Shown piece after piece: positions 1 to 10,216 of a stretch of DNA of 64,000 nt. The position numbers and the translations under genes were made by a program. The notes beneath the pieces were generated by a model. That model was not told the DNA's origin and did no database searches. It was given only the letters and a program-made list of their open reading frames with translations. Source of the stretch: Polyangiaceae bacterium (GTDB lineage: Bacteria > Myxococcota_A > Polyangia > Polyangiales > Polyangiaceae); NCBI GenBank assembly GCA_965222375.1, contig CBDCTZ010000014.1:544001-608000 (forward strand), given 5' to 3'. Each line of letters begins with the position of its first letter. Positions within the stretch are counted from its first letter, which is position 1.

Positions 1-1796
1 AGTACGCGCGCCCGGACCGATTCACCTCGCGCGGCGAGGGATAGCACGACCGCGTGTCGCGTGCGCGCATCGGATTCGCGATAGTAGCCGCGCTCAGCCA
101 AGCCGAGGGCGGAGGCGGAGCGGCTGAAGCCGAGTCCCAGAATCGTATGCGCGCGAATGATGGGCGAACCGGACTCCAGGAGCTCCTCGATCTTCTTCCG
201 CAGTGCCGTGTCGTCTCGCGCAGCCAAGGCCCGGGCAGCCAGTGGGGCCGCTACGCCGCCGCTATCCACGAGGCCGTGCAAAACGGACGACGGGACTCGC
301 TGGGCGGCGTTGGGATCCACCAGGCACGCGGCAAGAGCGACCCGCAGGCGGGTCGAGGTTTCTTTGGCCAAACGCCCACATGCCCGCGCCGATAGGGGCG
401 GCCGGGTTGACAGCCGTGCCGCGGCCGCGACGGCAGCTTCGTCGGTCGAACCGAGCAACTCCAGCCCGTGTCTCGCGTCCAGCGCTGCTAGGGCCCAAGC
501 ACCAGCTGCCCTATCCGCCGCTTGCTTTGAAGCCAGCAATCCCTTCGCTGCGCGCTGCAGACCGTTCGGGGCATCGCCCAGGGCGGCCTCACGCAAGGCG
601 CTCGCTCGCACAGCCCAAGCTCGCTCTGCTCCCGCGGCCGTCAGGGCCTTAGACAACGCTTGTTTGGCCTTGGGGTTTGGCATCCGGGCCAAAGCAAGCG
701 CCGCCTCAGCGCGGGTCTTCTTGGCCTTCAATGCCGTGGCGATTGTCGTGACCGCTGCGTCAGCATTCGTTTGCCCCAGGATTGCGATCAGTTCGCCCGC
801 CTCGTGGCTCTTCGTGTCCAGGAGCTTGATCAACGCCGGCGCCAGCTCTGCCGAAGGCGCTCGGGCCGCGAGGGCGAGGGCTGACGCGCGGCGTTCAGGC
901 TTGGCCAAATCCCTTGCGACGTGGGATTGCGCGCTCGGCTCTCCACCGCGTAGCAAGATGTCGAGAGCCGCGTCACGCAGCGGGCCTGAAGCGTCTTTCT
1001 GCAGCCAGCGTTTCGCCAGGGCGACGGTTTCGAATCCGCCCAACCGAGTTAGTTCCACGGCGGCGGCGGCGCGGATCTCGGGAGCGCCTCGCCGCACGTA
1101 CCCACGTAGGGTGTGAAAGGCACGCTGGTCCCCAGAGCGGCCCAAGGCTTCGATCAAGGTGACCGTGGGTGCGCCGCGCGCCTCCAACAGCGGTGTGACG
1201 TTCTTCGGCGGATGCGCGAGGATCGCCTCCAAGGCAGCGCGTGCAGCGGGACCTTGCTGACGCAGTGCTTGTCCCAGCAGCAGCAGGGAGTCCCGATCCC
1301 CAGCTTGGGCCAGAGCAAGGGCGGCAGTTCGACTCACCAACGCCGCGATCGGGTCCGAAGGGTTGTCCGCTGGGGTCCCGAGCGCACGGGCCAAGGCCAG
1401 CCGCGCCACGGACGCTTTGGCATGCGCGGCCAGAGCGTGGACGCCGGTCCAGCGCTCCAGAGAGGTGCGCGCGGCGCCTCCGGGCTCGAGGGCTTTGGCC
1501 AAGGCCTCGAGCGCCACAGGTGTGGCTATCTGGCCCAAGCGCTCCAAGGCGCGGCGCCGCTCGGCGCTGTCGGTCGATGTCAACTTTTCCCGAGCGACGC
1601 GCACGCCTTTTCGGGAAGACAGGCTGCCTTGAACTGCCGGTTTCTTTGGCGGTGGCCGGCGGGTCGTGCGCCGCGAAGGGACCCGACCGAGAATCGGACG
1701 GGCGCTGGCGCTGGCGTGCCCTGGCTGCGCAGCTGCGTCAGGTGGCGGCAGGTGGCACAAGAGCAAGGCGACGCAGCCTGCTGCCCAGCGTGTCAC
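1..1796 (-). CDS. HEAT/ARM-like alpha-helical repeat protein with N-terminal signal-like segment; 3' end runs off the window
   Basis: Missing from the ORF track because it has no stop in the window. Translated by hand from GTG at 1796, which overlaps the upstream TGA (GTGA): [16 protein letters not shown]...ERRRALERLGQIAT...RAEAALALARMP...IRAHTILGLG. Ala/Leu-rich helical repeats. Confidence 0.75.
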   Translation of the reverse strand, partial: MTRWAAGCVALLLCHLPPPDAAAQPGHASASARPILGRVPSRRTTRRPPPKKPAVQGSLSSRKGVRVAREKLTSTDSAERRRALERLGQIATPVALEALAKALEPGGAARTSLERWTGVHALAAHAKASVARLALARALGTPADNPSDPIAALVSRTAALALAQAGDRDSLLLLGQALRQQGPAARAALEAILAHPPKNVTPLLEARGAPTVTLIEALGRSGDQRAFHTLRGYVRRGAPEIRAAAAVELTRLGGFETVALAKRWLQKDASGPLRDAALDILLRGGEPSAQSHVARDLAKPERRASALALAARAPSAELAPALIKLLDTKSHEAGELIAILGQTNADAAVTTIATALKAKKTRAEAALALARMPNPKAKQALSKALTAAGAERAWAVRASALREAALGDAPNGLQRAAKGLLASKQAADRAAGAWALAALDARHGLELLGSTDEAAVAAAARLSTRPPLSARACGRLAKETSTRLRVALAACLVDPNAAQRVPSSVLHGLVDSGGVAAPLAARALAARDDTALRKKIEELLESGSPIIRAHTILGLGFSRSASALGLAERGYYRESDARTRHAVVLSLAARGESVRARV

Positions 1797-3787
1797 GGCG
1801 CCTTTCCGCCGCCTGGTGCCTTCTTGGGCGCAATGCTTGGAGGGGGTGGTCGTCTCGGCACTTTCAGCCGGCCTTTCGGCTTCGGGGGCGCGAGGACGAG
1901 GATCCCGTAACCCCGTTGGCGCGCCGCGGGCTGGTCCTTGACGGCGGCCCAGCCGATGCTCTCGGCGGCTTCGTCCCGGTGGGTCAGATTCCGGAGGGCA
2001 AAGACCAGCGCGAAGGATTCGGTCAGAGCTTTTTGCTCGGCGTTCGCGCCCTTGCCGGGCCGAACGCCGACCAGTGCAACCCAGTGCTTGTTGGCGTTCA
2101 GCACCTGTGCCAGTGCGCGCATGCTGGGCAGGGTCTTGGGGTCGACTGCGGCCCCACCGTCTGCCGCAACCAACTTCGGCGGGATGCGGAACTTGAGCCG
2201 GGCTTCCTTCTCTTTCTTCCGATGGTCCACCGAAAGTAACGGCTTTGCCCGCTGGTAGGCCGGCTTGTCGTCGTCGGGGTCCGGGCAGCCATCCTCGTCG
2301 TCGGCGCCATCGAAGTCTTCGGGCTTGTCAGGACACTTGTCCTGGGCGTCGTCATAGGTGTCGCCGTCCTTGTCCGGGCTGGGACAACCGTTCAATTTGG
2401 CATCCGAGCGCGCGGCACCTCGAACGGTGGGGCAGGCGTCGTCCTCGTCCAACACGCCATCCCGGTCGTTGTCTTCTTCTGGGCAGCCATCTTCGTCGGC
2501 GAAACCATCCTTGTCTTCCGCCTGAGTCGGACACTTGTCCGCACCGTCGAGCACGCCGTCGGCGTCCGAGTCGCGAATTGGGCAACCGGCTTCTTCCCCG
2601 CTACCACTGGGCCCGGCAGTGTCCGGGCAGGCATCGTCGTCGTCGAGAACACCATCGCCGTCGTTGTCGGGGTCGATGCAGCCGTCGTCGTCTTGATACT
2701 CGTCTTCGTCCTCTTGCTCAGCGGGGCAGCGATCTTGGTCATCAGGCACGCCATCGTCGTCGTTGTCGAAGTCCGGGCAGCCGTCATGATCCTCGAAGCC
2801 GTCTCGGTCTTCCGCCAGCTCCTGGCATTCATCCTTGTCGTCCGCAACGCCGTCGCCGTCCTCGTCATAGAAGCGCGGGGCCCAGCCCAGGCCGAACACC
2901 CCTCGTACCAGGGGGCTGCCGACCGCCCCATTGAGGGGGAGTTCGACGCCAGCGAGTAGGGATACGTCCCCGACCGCGTAGCGTGCAGAAAGGCCGGCCA
3001 AGATCGGAGTTTGGGGCCCATTGGCGAAGGACGGGGTCAACGCCACCTGACCGCGTGCTTCCGCGGTCCAGGTCCAGCGTCCCTTTTGGTCAAGACCAAA
3101 TGCCTGCGGCCGCATGGATACGCCCACGCCCCACGGGAGATCGTGGCCGAAGTCCTCTTGCACGAAGGTCTGCTCTTCGCCTCGGATCCTGGCGCCGGCA
3201 GTTGCCTGCAGTGCCAGCGCTATGAGGCGCAGCTCACCGAGTAGCCGTAGCTCACCGGTGACCGAGCCATCCGAAACGTAGGACCGATGGTCCCCGGTAG
3301 GCGCGGATACGCGGCCGAGAGCTGCCAGTCCGAATCCGCCCAAGCCGCTGGTGGGGATCATGGTGGCTTTGGCGCCGAAGGAAGCGTCGCCAAGCGCGGT
3401 TTGAGGCAAGGACCCATCGTCGAGGGTTGCGCTGGTGTCGTCACCACTTTGGTAGAGCACGCTTGGCAGAGCTATGTTGACCGCGAGGCGATCACCAATT
3501 CCCAGCGATGCGACGTAGTCCAAGCTCAGTTGGTGCTCGACGGGGATGGAGACTCGATCCCCGTCGGCGTCTTCGAGGGTGACCATTCGGTAGGCGTAGC
3601 TGGCGATGGCGCCGACGTTCCAAGCCAGAGGACCGGGGGTGGAACTGGGTTCCAGATACAAGGAGCCCTTCGGGTCCGCTGGCGGGTGGAAGTTCCGAAG
3701 ATCAATGGACGGTACCGGGTCCGCCTGCGCCGGCAGGGTCAGGAGCAGCGGAAGCGCCCAGAACAAGAGCGAGGCGCGGGAGCGCAT
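1793..3787 (-). CDS. Outer-membrane protein: N-terminal beta-barrel-like region, thrombospondin type-3 Ca-binding repeats, degenerate OmpA-like C-terminus (TraB-like architecture)
   Basis: Signal peptide [22 protein letters not shown]; many DxDxDGxxDxxDxCP repeats; start reassigned to ATG 3787. Confidence 0.8.
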   Translation of the reverse strand: MRSRASLLFWALPLLLTLPAQADPVPSIDLRNFHPPADPKGSLYLEPSSTPGPLAWNVGAIASYAYRMVTLEDADGDRVSIPVEHQLSLDYVASLGIGDRLAVNIALPSVLYQSGDDTSATLDDGSLPQTALGDASFGAKATMIPTSGLGGFGLAALGRVSAPTGDHRSYVSDGSVTGELRLLGELRLIALALQATAGARIRGEEQTFVQEDFGHDLPWGVGVSMRPQAFGLDQKGRWTWTAEARGQVALTPSFANGPQTPILAGLSARYAVGDVSLLAGVELPLNGAVGSPLVRGVFGLGWAPRFYDEDGDGVADDKDECQELAEDRDGFEDHDGCPDFDNDDDGVPDDQDRCPAEQEDEDEYQDDDGCIDPDNDGDGVLDDDDACPDTAGPSGSGEEAGCPIRDSDADGVLDGADKCPTQAEDKDGFADEDGCPEEDNDRDGVLDEDDACPTVRGAARSDAKLNGCPSPDKDGDTYDDAQDKCPDKPEDFDGADDEDGCPDPDDDKPAYQRAKPLLSVDHRKKEKEARLKFRIPPKLVAADGGAAVDPKTLPSMRALAQVLNANKHWVALVGVRPGKGANAEQKALTESFALVFALRNLTHRDEAAESIGWAAVKDQPAARQRGYGILVLAPPKPKGRLKVPRRPPPPSIAPKKAPGGGKAP

Positions 3788-4037
3788 GGCCGGCAAGGTT
3801 AGTGACCTTCGCCGGCAATTACTCGAAAAAAGAACGGTATCGGCGCTTCTGCCAGCCTGGCTGCGCTCTGGCGCCGGCCGCCATCGCGGCTGGCGGCCAA
3901 AACCCGACCCCAACCCCCGGGTTTTTCAGCAGCCGTCTTCAAGGTTTGGGCGCGAGCCGCGGCAGGCTGGCCGAAATGGGCTCGGCCGCGCGCCGCGCTT
4001 GCTCTCTTCCGACGCTCGGCGTAGTCGAGCCAGCACC

Positions 4038-5306
4038 ATGGACGCCATCGTCATTCGCGGCGGCCGGCCGCTCAATGGGAACATTCGTGTCGGTGGCGCC
4101 AAAAACGCCGCTCTCCCGATCCTGTGCGCGACGCTCCTTTCCGACGGCGAGAGCCTGCTGCGAAACGTGCCCGCGCTGCGGGACATCGATACGATGGCCG
4201 CGTTGCTGCGCTTCCTAGGGCGGGATGTCGAGGCGAATGCCCCCGAGGTCGTGGTTCGGCCGTCGACCCGAGATGCGCGACCCGAAGCCCCCTACGAGCT
4301 CGTGCGCCAAATGCGCGCCAGCGTGCTCGTGCTCGGCCCCCTCGTGGCGCGCTACGGCAAAGCGAAGGTTTCCCTGCCGGGTGGTTGCGCCATCGGCGCC
4401 CGCCCCATAGACCAACACCTGAAGGGCCTGGAGGCCCTGGGTGCGAAGATCTCCGTGGATCACGGCTACGTGCTCGCCGAGGCGCCCCGCCTCCGAGGCG
4501 CCGAAATTGTTTTCGATCTGCCGACGGTCACCGGCACCGAGAACCTGATGATGGCTGCGGCGCTGGCCAAGGGCAGAACCACCCTAGTCAACTGCGCTCG
4601 GGAACCCGAGGTCGAGGAACTCGGGCGCATGCTCAATAAGATGGGTGCCCGTGTCGAAGGCGCCGGGACTGCCATCATCCACATCACCGGGGCGGACGAA
4701 CTGGCGCCCTGCGATCACGCCATCATTTCGGATCGAATCGAGGCGGGTACGTTCATGGCCGCGGTGGGCGCTACCGGCGGCAACGTGCTGCTCGAGCACG
4801 CCCCCCTCGAGGACCTGGAGCCCGTGGTCGTGAAACTTCGCCAGGCTGGGCTCAACGTCGAGCGTGAAGGCGAGCACGTGCGGGTCGTGCGCGAGGGCCC
4901 CCTGAGTGCCGTAGACGTAACAACTGCGCCACATCCGGGCTTTCCCACGGACATGCAGGCCCAGTTCATGGCGATGATGTGCGTGGCAAAGGGCCGCAGC
5001 GTGCTGACTGAGACCATTTTCGAAAACCGCTTCATGCACGTGCCCGAACTCTGCCGAATGGGTGCGGAGATCGAGACTCGCAACAACACGGCGTTCGTCG
5101 ACGGGGTGAAGCAGCTCTCCGGCGCATCCGTCATGGCGACGGACTTGCGCGCTAGCGCCTCGCTGGTCATTGCGGGTTTGATCGCCCAAGACGCGACAAC
5201 CGTTCGCCGGGTGTACCACTTGGATCGCGGCTATGAGCGCATCGAGAAGAAGCTGGCGGGGGCCGGGGCGGACATCGAGCGTGTGCCCTTGGAGGGGCTA
5301 CCGTGA
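4038..5306 (+). CDS. murA: UDP-N-acetylglucosamine 1-carboxyvinyltransferase
   Basis: [34 protein letters not shown] (catalytic Cys), [21 protein letters not shown]. Confidence 0.98.
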   Translation: MDAIVIRGGRPLNGNIRVGGAKNAALPILCATLLSDGESLLRNVPALRDIDTMAALLRFLGRDVEANAPEVVVRPSTRDARPEAPYELVRQMRASVLVLGPLVARYGKAKVSLPGGCAIGARPIDQHLKGLEALGAKISVDHGYVLAEAPRLRGAEIVFDLPTVTGTENLMMAAALAKGRTTLVNCAREPEVEELGRMLNKMGARVEGAGTAIIHITGADELAPCDHAIISDRIEAGTFMAAVGATGGNVLLEHAPLEDLEPVVVKLRQAGLNVEREGEHVRVVREGPLSAVDVTTAPHPGFPTDMQAQFMAMMCVAKGRSVLTETIFENRFMHVPELCRMGAEIETRNNTAFVDGVKQLSGASVMATDLRASASLVIAGLIAQDATTVRRVYHLDRGYERIEKKLAGAGADIERVPLEGLP

Positions 5307-5929
5307 ACCCGCTGCGCGTGGCCGTGCCCAAGGGGCGAGTCACGCGCGCGGTCGCTCAGGTGTTCGAGCGCGCTGGCATCGACGCAGGTGTGCTGCTAGC
5401 GGACGACCGTCGGTTGGTGCGCCCCAGCGCAGATGGCAAACTCAGTTTTGCGCTACTCAAGCCGGACGATGTCCCGACCTACGTGGAGTATGGCGCTTGT
5501 GACGTCGGTGTATGCGGGCGGGATGTGCTCTCGGAGCGCCGCTACGACCTGCTGTGCCCCGTCGATCTTCAGCTGGGCAAGTGCCGATTGGTGCTCGCGG
5601 CGCCGAAGGAGGCGGCGGATATCGACGCCCCCCGGGTTGCGACCAAGTACGTGCACATGGCCACGGAGTACTTCGACGCTCGGGGCATTCCAGCCGAGAT
5701 CATCTACGTTCAAGGCTCCGTTGAGCTCGCGCCCATGACTGGGCTCAGCCATTACATCGTGGACTTGGTCGAGACCGGCACGACTCTCGCGGAGAATGGC
5801 CTGGTCGAGCGTGAGACCATCGCGGAGATTTCCAGTGTGTTGGTCGCTAACCGAGCTCAATACAAGCTACGCCATGTGGAAATCGCAGCGCTGATCGAAC
5901 GGCTGCGAACTGGCGTCACGGACGGCTGA
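5303..5929 (+). CDS. hisG: ATP phosphoribosyltransferase catalytic subunit (short form)
   Basis: [49 protein letters not shown]; 208 aa; overlaps the murA stop. Confidence 0.95.
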   Translation: MNPLRVAVPKGRVTRAVAQVFERAGIDAGVLLADDRRLVRPSADGKLSFALLKPDDVPTYVEYGACDVGVCGRDVLSERRYDLLCPVDLQLGKCRLVLAAPKEAADIDAPRVATKYVHMATEYFDARGIPAEIIYVQGSVELAPMTGLSHYIVDLVETGTTLAENGLVERETIAEISSVLVANRAQYKLRHVEIAALIERLRTGVTDG

Positions 5930-5945
5930 GGAACAGGGACTTGTC

Positions 5946-7262
5946 ATGATTGGAAAGTGGCTGGTGTTGTTTGGGGTTGGAGGCGGGGTGATGCTGGCGT
6001 GCAGTGCTGGCGATGACGGCAGCGGCAAGCCTGCAGGCCAAGGCGGCGCCGGAGGCACCGCGGCGACCGGGGGCACGGCTGCCGGCGGAAGCGGGGGTAG
6101 CGGGACCGGTGGCGCAAGCGGCGGCAGTGGTGGCTTCACGGGTGGTAGTGGGGGCGCCACCGGGGGCGCCGCGGGCAGTGGGGGAGTTGGTGGCGGCGAC
6201 TCTGGCGCGGACTCGGGTATCGACGCCGCTTTGGACGCTGGCCCGGACGTAGCCAATGAAACGGGTGTGGACGCGAACCCGGATGGGCCGGTGGACGCCG
6301 GACAGGACGCAGCCGAGGCGGGTGATATCACTCCCCCGAAGGTGCTTTCCGTCACCCCGAGCGATGGCAGTTCCGGCGTCGCCACCAAACCCAGCATTGC
6401 CGTGACCTTCAGTGAACCGATGCTGGCGTCTTCCTTGACTGCAGCAACGTCCGGCAGCGCGTGCAGTGGAAGTCTGCAGCTCTCGGGGGACGGGTTCGCG
6501 ACCTGCGTACCGCTCGCCGGGCAACCCGTGGCCAGTGCTGGAAACACGGTGTTTGCCATGACTCCCGCGGCGCCCCTCGCCAGTCTGGGCACGTTCCAGC
6601 TGCGGGTCACGACCGCCGCGCAGGATGCCGCTGGGCTGCCCTTGGCCGCGCCCTACACCCAGGCAAGCGCTTGGACGGTTCGCTACCACCACACCATCAC
6701 CATCGACGGCAGCAACGACTTTTCCGTCGATGAGACCTTCGCTACCTCCACCGGGGCCTACACGGCCTTCGCGGCGTGGGACGATACCTTCTTCTACGCC
6801 GGCATGAAGGGTCCAGACGTGGCGACGCTTTCGTCCACGAAGTTCTGGGTCCTGTATTTGGGCTCCGCTGCCGGCACACAGACCGGAGTGGCCTACAACA
6901 CCCAACAGCCTGGTTTGCCCTTTCCAGCGAAGTGGCACGCGCGCTGGAAGGCGGACAACACCTTCACCAACGCGCTGACTTTCGGAAGCAGCTGGGGTGC
7001 TGCCGGTTGGAATTTCGCTGGCGATATCATCCAGTCAGGGGGCTTCGTGGAGATGCGTATTCCCTGGACGGACTTCGCCGAGGCCATCACCACCTTGAAG
7101 GTCACGATGTACTTTCTCAACGAGCAGGGCTCCTTCGAGTTCAGCTACGCGGCTGCGCCGGCCGCCGCGTTCACGGACTCTGTCGATCCCGACCCCACGA
7201 AGTACTTCGCTTTCAATCGCAGCGCGAGCGTGACCCCGAAGGCTTCCCCGGTCTTGCCCTAG
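5946..7262 (+). CDS. Lipoprotein with Gly-rich linker, bacterial Ig-like (Big_5-type) domain and aromatic-rich C-terminal domain (DOMON/CBM9-like, uncertain)
   Basis: Lipobox MLAC; GGxGG linker; DITPPKVLSVTP..VTFSEPM; HTITIDGSNDF...AWDDTFFYAG. Confidence 0.75.
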   Translation: MIGKWLVLFGVGGGVMLACSAGDDGSGKPAGQGGAGGTAATGGTAAGGSGGSGTGGASGGSGGFTGGSGGATGGAAGSGGVGGGDSGADSGIDAALDAGPDVANETGVDANPDGPVDAGQDAAEAGDITPPKVLSVTPSDGSSGVATKPSIAVTFSEPMLASSLTAATSGSACSGSLQLSGDGFATCVPLAGQPVASAGNTVFAMTPAAPLASLGTFQLRVTTAAQDAAGLPLAAPYTQASAWTVRYHHTITIDGSNDFSVDETFATSTGAYTAFAAWDDTFFYAGMKGPDVATLSSTKFWVLYLGSAAGTQTGVAYNTQQPGLPFPAKWHARWKADNTFTNALTFGSSWGAAGWNFAGDIIQSGGFVEMRIPWTDFAEAITTLKVTMYFLNEQGSFEFSYAAAPAAAFTDSVDPDPTKYFAFNRSASVTPKASPVLP

Positions 7263-7352
7263 CGGACCCGCGAGCCGGAGCGCCCTGGGCCCCACGGCGA
7301 GATTAGTGCACTAGGTCCGGGCAGGGATGCGACCCAAACCCCAGCGGCCGAT

Positions 7353-8180
7353 CTAGCGGACGCGTTCTCGCAGTAGGTAACGCCCGAGGACTTCCAAGTG
7401 GGCCAAGTGCGTCGATTCCGCCGGAGCAAAGTGGGAGGCAAAAAACAGCGCGCTCGAAGCGGATTTCAGTTCTGGCGCGGAATTGGTCACCAGCGCGTTT
7501 TCTACCTGGGACCGAATCTCTTGCGACAGCTCGTTGGATGCAGCAAGCACATCCGCCGGAATCGGCCCCGCGCGTTTGAGCACCCGCACATCCGCGTCGC
7601 CCCAGCCTGCGCGAGCCACATCGCCAGCGGCGTCGAGATGTACATAGGTGGCGCCGACACTCCGCGGGTCTTCCGCCACCGCGCGAACCATTGCGTCGTG
7701 GCTCTGGGCGAAGTTTTGTGAGGCGAAGACCGTGTCCGGGTTGACGCCGTCTGCACGCAGAGCCGCGCGAATGACCAAGTAACCGGATGCGCTTTCTGCG
7801 TCCACCCAGACCGCGCGAGCCTGGCGCAAGTCATCGACACTCTGGATCTGGCTGTCCGCCCTGGTGAAGAGGGCAGCCCAGAACCAGGATTGATCCCCTC
7901 GGATCGGCAGAACGATGGGAGAAGCATCTTTGGGGATTGCGCCGAGGGCGACGACTGGAGGAAGCCAGGCGAGCTCCACTTCGCCGAGTCGCAGGCGGCG
8001 CAACAGGCGGTCGTAGCGGGGAGCGGCATAGGGGGAGATCTTGAGGCCTGTGGCATCTCCTAGCGCGCGGCAGAAGGCATCCAATTTGGCTCGGGTCGGA
8101 GCTAGACTCGTTTCGTCTCGCCGCCTTTCGGCGCGACCGAGTTCGCTGAGGGCGACGCCCATGCGGATGCGATCCGTCAC
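7353..8180 (-). CDS. PhnD/SsuA-type substrate-binding-fold protein (orphan)
   Basis: LRLGEVELAWLPPVV, WVDAESASGYLV, FAQSHDAMVRAV, GPIPAD. Confidence 0.85.
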   Translation of the reverse strand: MTDRIRMGVALSELGRAERRRDETSLAPTRAKLDAFCRALGDATGLKISPYAAPRYDRLLRRLRLGEVELAWLPPVVALGAIPKDASPIVLPIRGDQSWFWAALFTRADSQIQSVDDLRQARAVWVDAESASGYLVIRAALRADGVNPDTVFASQNFAQSHDAMVRAVAEDPRSVGATYVHLDAAGDVARAGWGDADVRVLKRAGPIPADVLAASNELSQEIRSQVENALVTNSAPELKSASSALFFASHFAPAESTHLAHLEVLGRYLLRERVR

Positions 8181-8264
8181 CGCTCCGAGCTACTCGGGGC
8201 AAGCCCGGCGGAAAAGGGGCGCCGCAGGTCGCGGTGATGGAAATCGTGTACGCTTGGCCCACCG

Positions 8265-9221
8265 ATGTTCGAAAAAGCGCCGCTCCTTCTGGCCGCGAGT
8301 GTCGTCCTCTGCGGGTTTTTGGCTGAAAGCTGCAACAATCCCGATCGCCGCCCTCCGGGACGATCTCTAGGCGGAACCGGGGCGGTGAAAGGTTGTACGG
8401 ACGGGACGGGGGGCGTGATGCAGCAGGATGCGTCCGCATCGGGAGCGGCCGCAGGGGTGGGCGCGGCTGGAAGTGGTGGGAGCGGTGCGACCGCAGGCGC
8501 CGCCGGAGCTGCCGGCGGCGGGGGCACCGCCGGGGGCAGTACGGATGGTGGGCCAGCAGACGCGGGAAGTGCCGACGCCTCCAGTGGGGGAGTGACGAGT
8601 TCTGGCGGCACGACGGCCTCGGGCGGCACTTCAAGCGGAGCCGCTGGCTGCGCCGGAGCAGGTACGGGTGGCGCAGCGGCTCTCGATTACGGGCTGGTGG
8701 GCTGCCAGTTCACGCAGAGTTGCAGCGATGACGTCTCTTGCCAGAGTGCCACGAAGCTGGTGACCACTATCAAGAGTCAATGCGGTGGCAGCTACGACAC
8801 CACTCCGTGTGATCCCACTGACCGGCTCGGGGCCTGTGTCGCCCAAAAGGGTAACCAGTGCACGGCGCTGTGGCTGTCCGGCCCCTTCTTCACCACCGAA
8901 GACGCCGAGGCAACCTGCAAAGCGGGTTCGGGTAGGTACATCGCGGCTGGACGCTGCTCGGTGGAAATGCGCTGCGATGGCGGGAAGAAGCTCGGGACCT
9001 GCGTGGACTACGGCGCTGGCTATACCGAAGTCGAGATCAAGACTCGCTGCGCGGCGGGGGACTTCGACACGAATGATGGTTGCGAGCAGAAAGATACGAT
9101 CGGCAGTTGCCTAATCGCTGACGAGAAACACTGCGCCACTCTTTGGTATTCCGACGAGGTGTTTTCCTTCTCCCAGGCCAGCGACGACTGCGACGCTCGG
9201 GGCGGACATTTCCTTTTGTAG
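8265..9221 (+). CDS. Lipoprotein with Gly-rich linker and two tandem Cys-rich domains
   Basis: Hydrophobic N-terminus then AESC; two ~85-aa units ending LW(L/Y)S..F....A...C....G.(Y/F). Confidence 0.7.
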   Translation: MFEKAPLLLAASVVLCGFLAESCNNPDRRPPGRSLGGTGAVKGCTDGTGGVMQQDASASGAAAGVGAAGSGGSGATAGAAGAAGGGGTAGGSTDGGPADAGSADASSGGVTSSGGTTASGGTSSGAAGCAGAGTGGAAALDYGLVGCQFTQSCSDDVSCQSATKLVTTIKSQCGGSYDTTPCDPTDRLGACVAQKGNQCTALWLSGPFFTTEDAEATCKAGSGRYIAAGRCSVEMRCDGGKKLGTCVDYGAGYTEVEIKTRCAAGDFDTNDGCEQKDTIGSCLIADEKHCATLWYSDEVFSFSQASDDCDARGGHFLL

Positions 9222-9223
9222 GT

Positions 9224-10183
9224 CTATTTGCCGCTGCTGGTCGAGGCGTCCCGGGCGTCCTGGCAGCAGCGGAAGCTCACGAAGTAGTAGCGAAACTCGG
9301 GTTCGTGACTCGTCGTGACTGGCCGGCATGCATTGCGGACGTGCCCCCAGGCGCCTCCTTTGAGCGCCGCGAATACGGCGCGCTCGTTGGGACGGTCTTT
9401 GTCGGCCATGGCCCATTCGTCCACGTTGCCCGTCAAGTCGTAGACGCCGTAGTCGCTCACACAACCCGGCTTCGCCCCGCTGGGCACGCCCTGCCAGAGC
9501 CGATCTAGTTCGGCTTTGCTGACAGCCGGATCGTCGGAATACGCTTTCGCAAGGGAAGGATTGATCCAGCGGTTGTCGATGTTGCACTTCTCGGCGGAGC
9601 GCCTCCAGCCGTAGGGAAACGGCTTTTCATCCGGCCCCTCACAGGCTGCGACCCACTCGGCTTCGTAGCAGAGCCGCTTGCCCTTTGCCGCGCATAGTCC
9701 CATCGCGTCATACCAGTCCACCATGACCGGTGGACGTGCGCCCTTCCGGTTCGGGTATTCATACACGTCGATGCAGTAGTCGAGAGGGATCCGTTTCGCC
9801 TTGCATTTCTGTGCGCCCTCTTTGAAACGATGACAAATCGAAATGCGATTGGACTTGTCGTATTCGTTCTTCAGGCAGAAGCGCTCCATCTTCGGGCAGT
9901 AGTCTTTCTTCACGTGCACCATGCCCTCGGGGCACGCCGGGCGTGGTCCGGCTTCCGGCTGCGCCGAGGCCGTGCTGCCCGCCTCCCCGGCGTCCACGCC
10001 GGCGACTTGGGTCGGGGAGGTGGTGTCGGGTTGGGCGCTGACCGGCGACTGAGGCACGTCGGGCGCTGGCTTGGCGTCCGAAGCGCAGCCCCCCGAGGCC
10101 GCCAGGACCATCAAGAGGCCAGCCGCGCCGAGTCCGGGTAGGAGGCGCAGGAGTTTCCCTCGAGCGATGTGCGACGACGCCAT
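9224..10183 (-). CDS. Formylglycine-generating-enzyme (SUMF1/FGE-sulfatase) family lipoprotein
   Basis: CPEGMVHV, CIDVYEYPN, GKRLCYEAEWVAACEG, GVYDLTGNVDEW, FRCC. Confidence 0.9.
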   Translation of the reverse strand: MASSHIARGKLLRLLPGLGAAGLLMVLAASGGCASDAKPAPDVPQSPVSAQPDTTSPTQVAGVDAGEAGSTASAQPEAGPRPACPEGMVHVKKDYCPKMERFCLKNEYDKSNRISICHRFKEGAQKCKAKRIPLDYCIDVYEYPNRKGARPPVMVDWYDAMGLCAAKGKRLCYEAEWVAACEGPDEKPFPYGWRRSAEKCNIDNRWINPSLAKAYSDDPAVSKAELDRLWQGVPSGAKPGCVSDYGVYDLTGNVDEWAMADKDRPNERAVFAALKGGAWGHVRNACRPVTTSHEPEFRYYFVSFRCCQDARDASTSSGK

Positions 10184-10216
10184 GCTCGTTGGGGTTACTC
10201 CCTTGTGGCCTCGACC

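Noticed and set aside
157..1910. Long plus-strand ORFs 157..1116, 1113..1910 and 1241..2239
   Set aside because: Antisense shadows of the minus-strand HEAT-like gene. The same applies to most long overlapping track ORFs (for example 16819..18339, 38664..40430, 56108..57562), which is expected in high-GC DNA.
2260..2870. Repetitive GTC/TCG-rich DNA
   Set aside because: Explained by Asp-rich TSP3 coding repeats; not a DNA-level element.
3899..3925. AAAACCCG-N11-CGGGTTTT inverted repeat as a terminator
   Set aside because: It lies between divergent gene starts and has a weak stem and long loop; no function can be supported.
3606..4037. Long N-terminal extensions in the ORF track (murA from 3606, oxidoreductase from 38397, protease from 43685, DUF362 from 13613, DUF2330-like from 60225)
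   Set aside because: They overlap neighbouring genes, and family-typical N-termini or signal peptides begin at the downstream starts used here.
7297..7308. 12-mer GCGAGATTAGTG shared with intergenic 29018-29029
   Set aside because: A single 12-nt match is plausible by chance and the flanks do not align.
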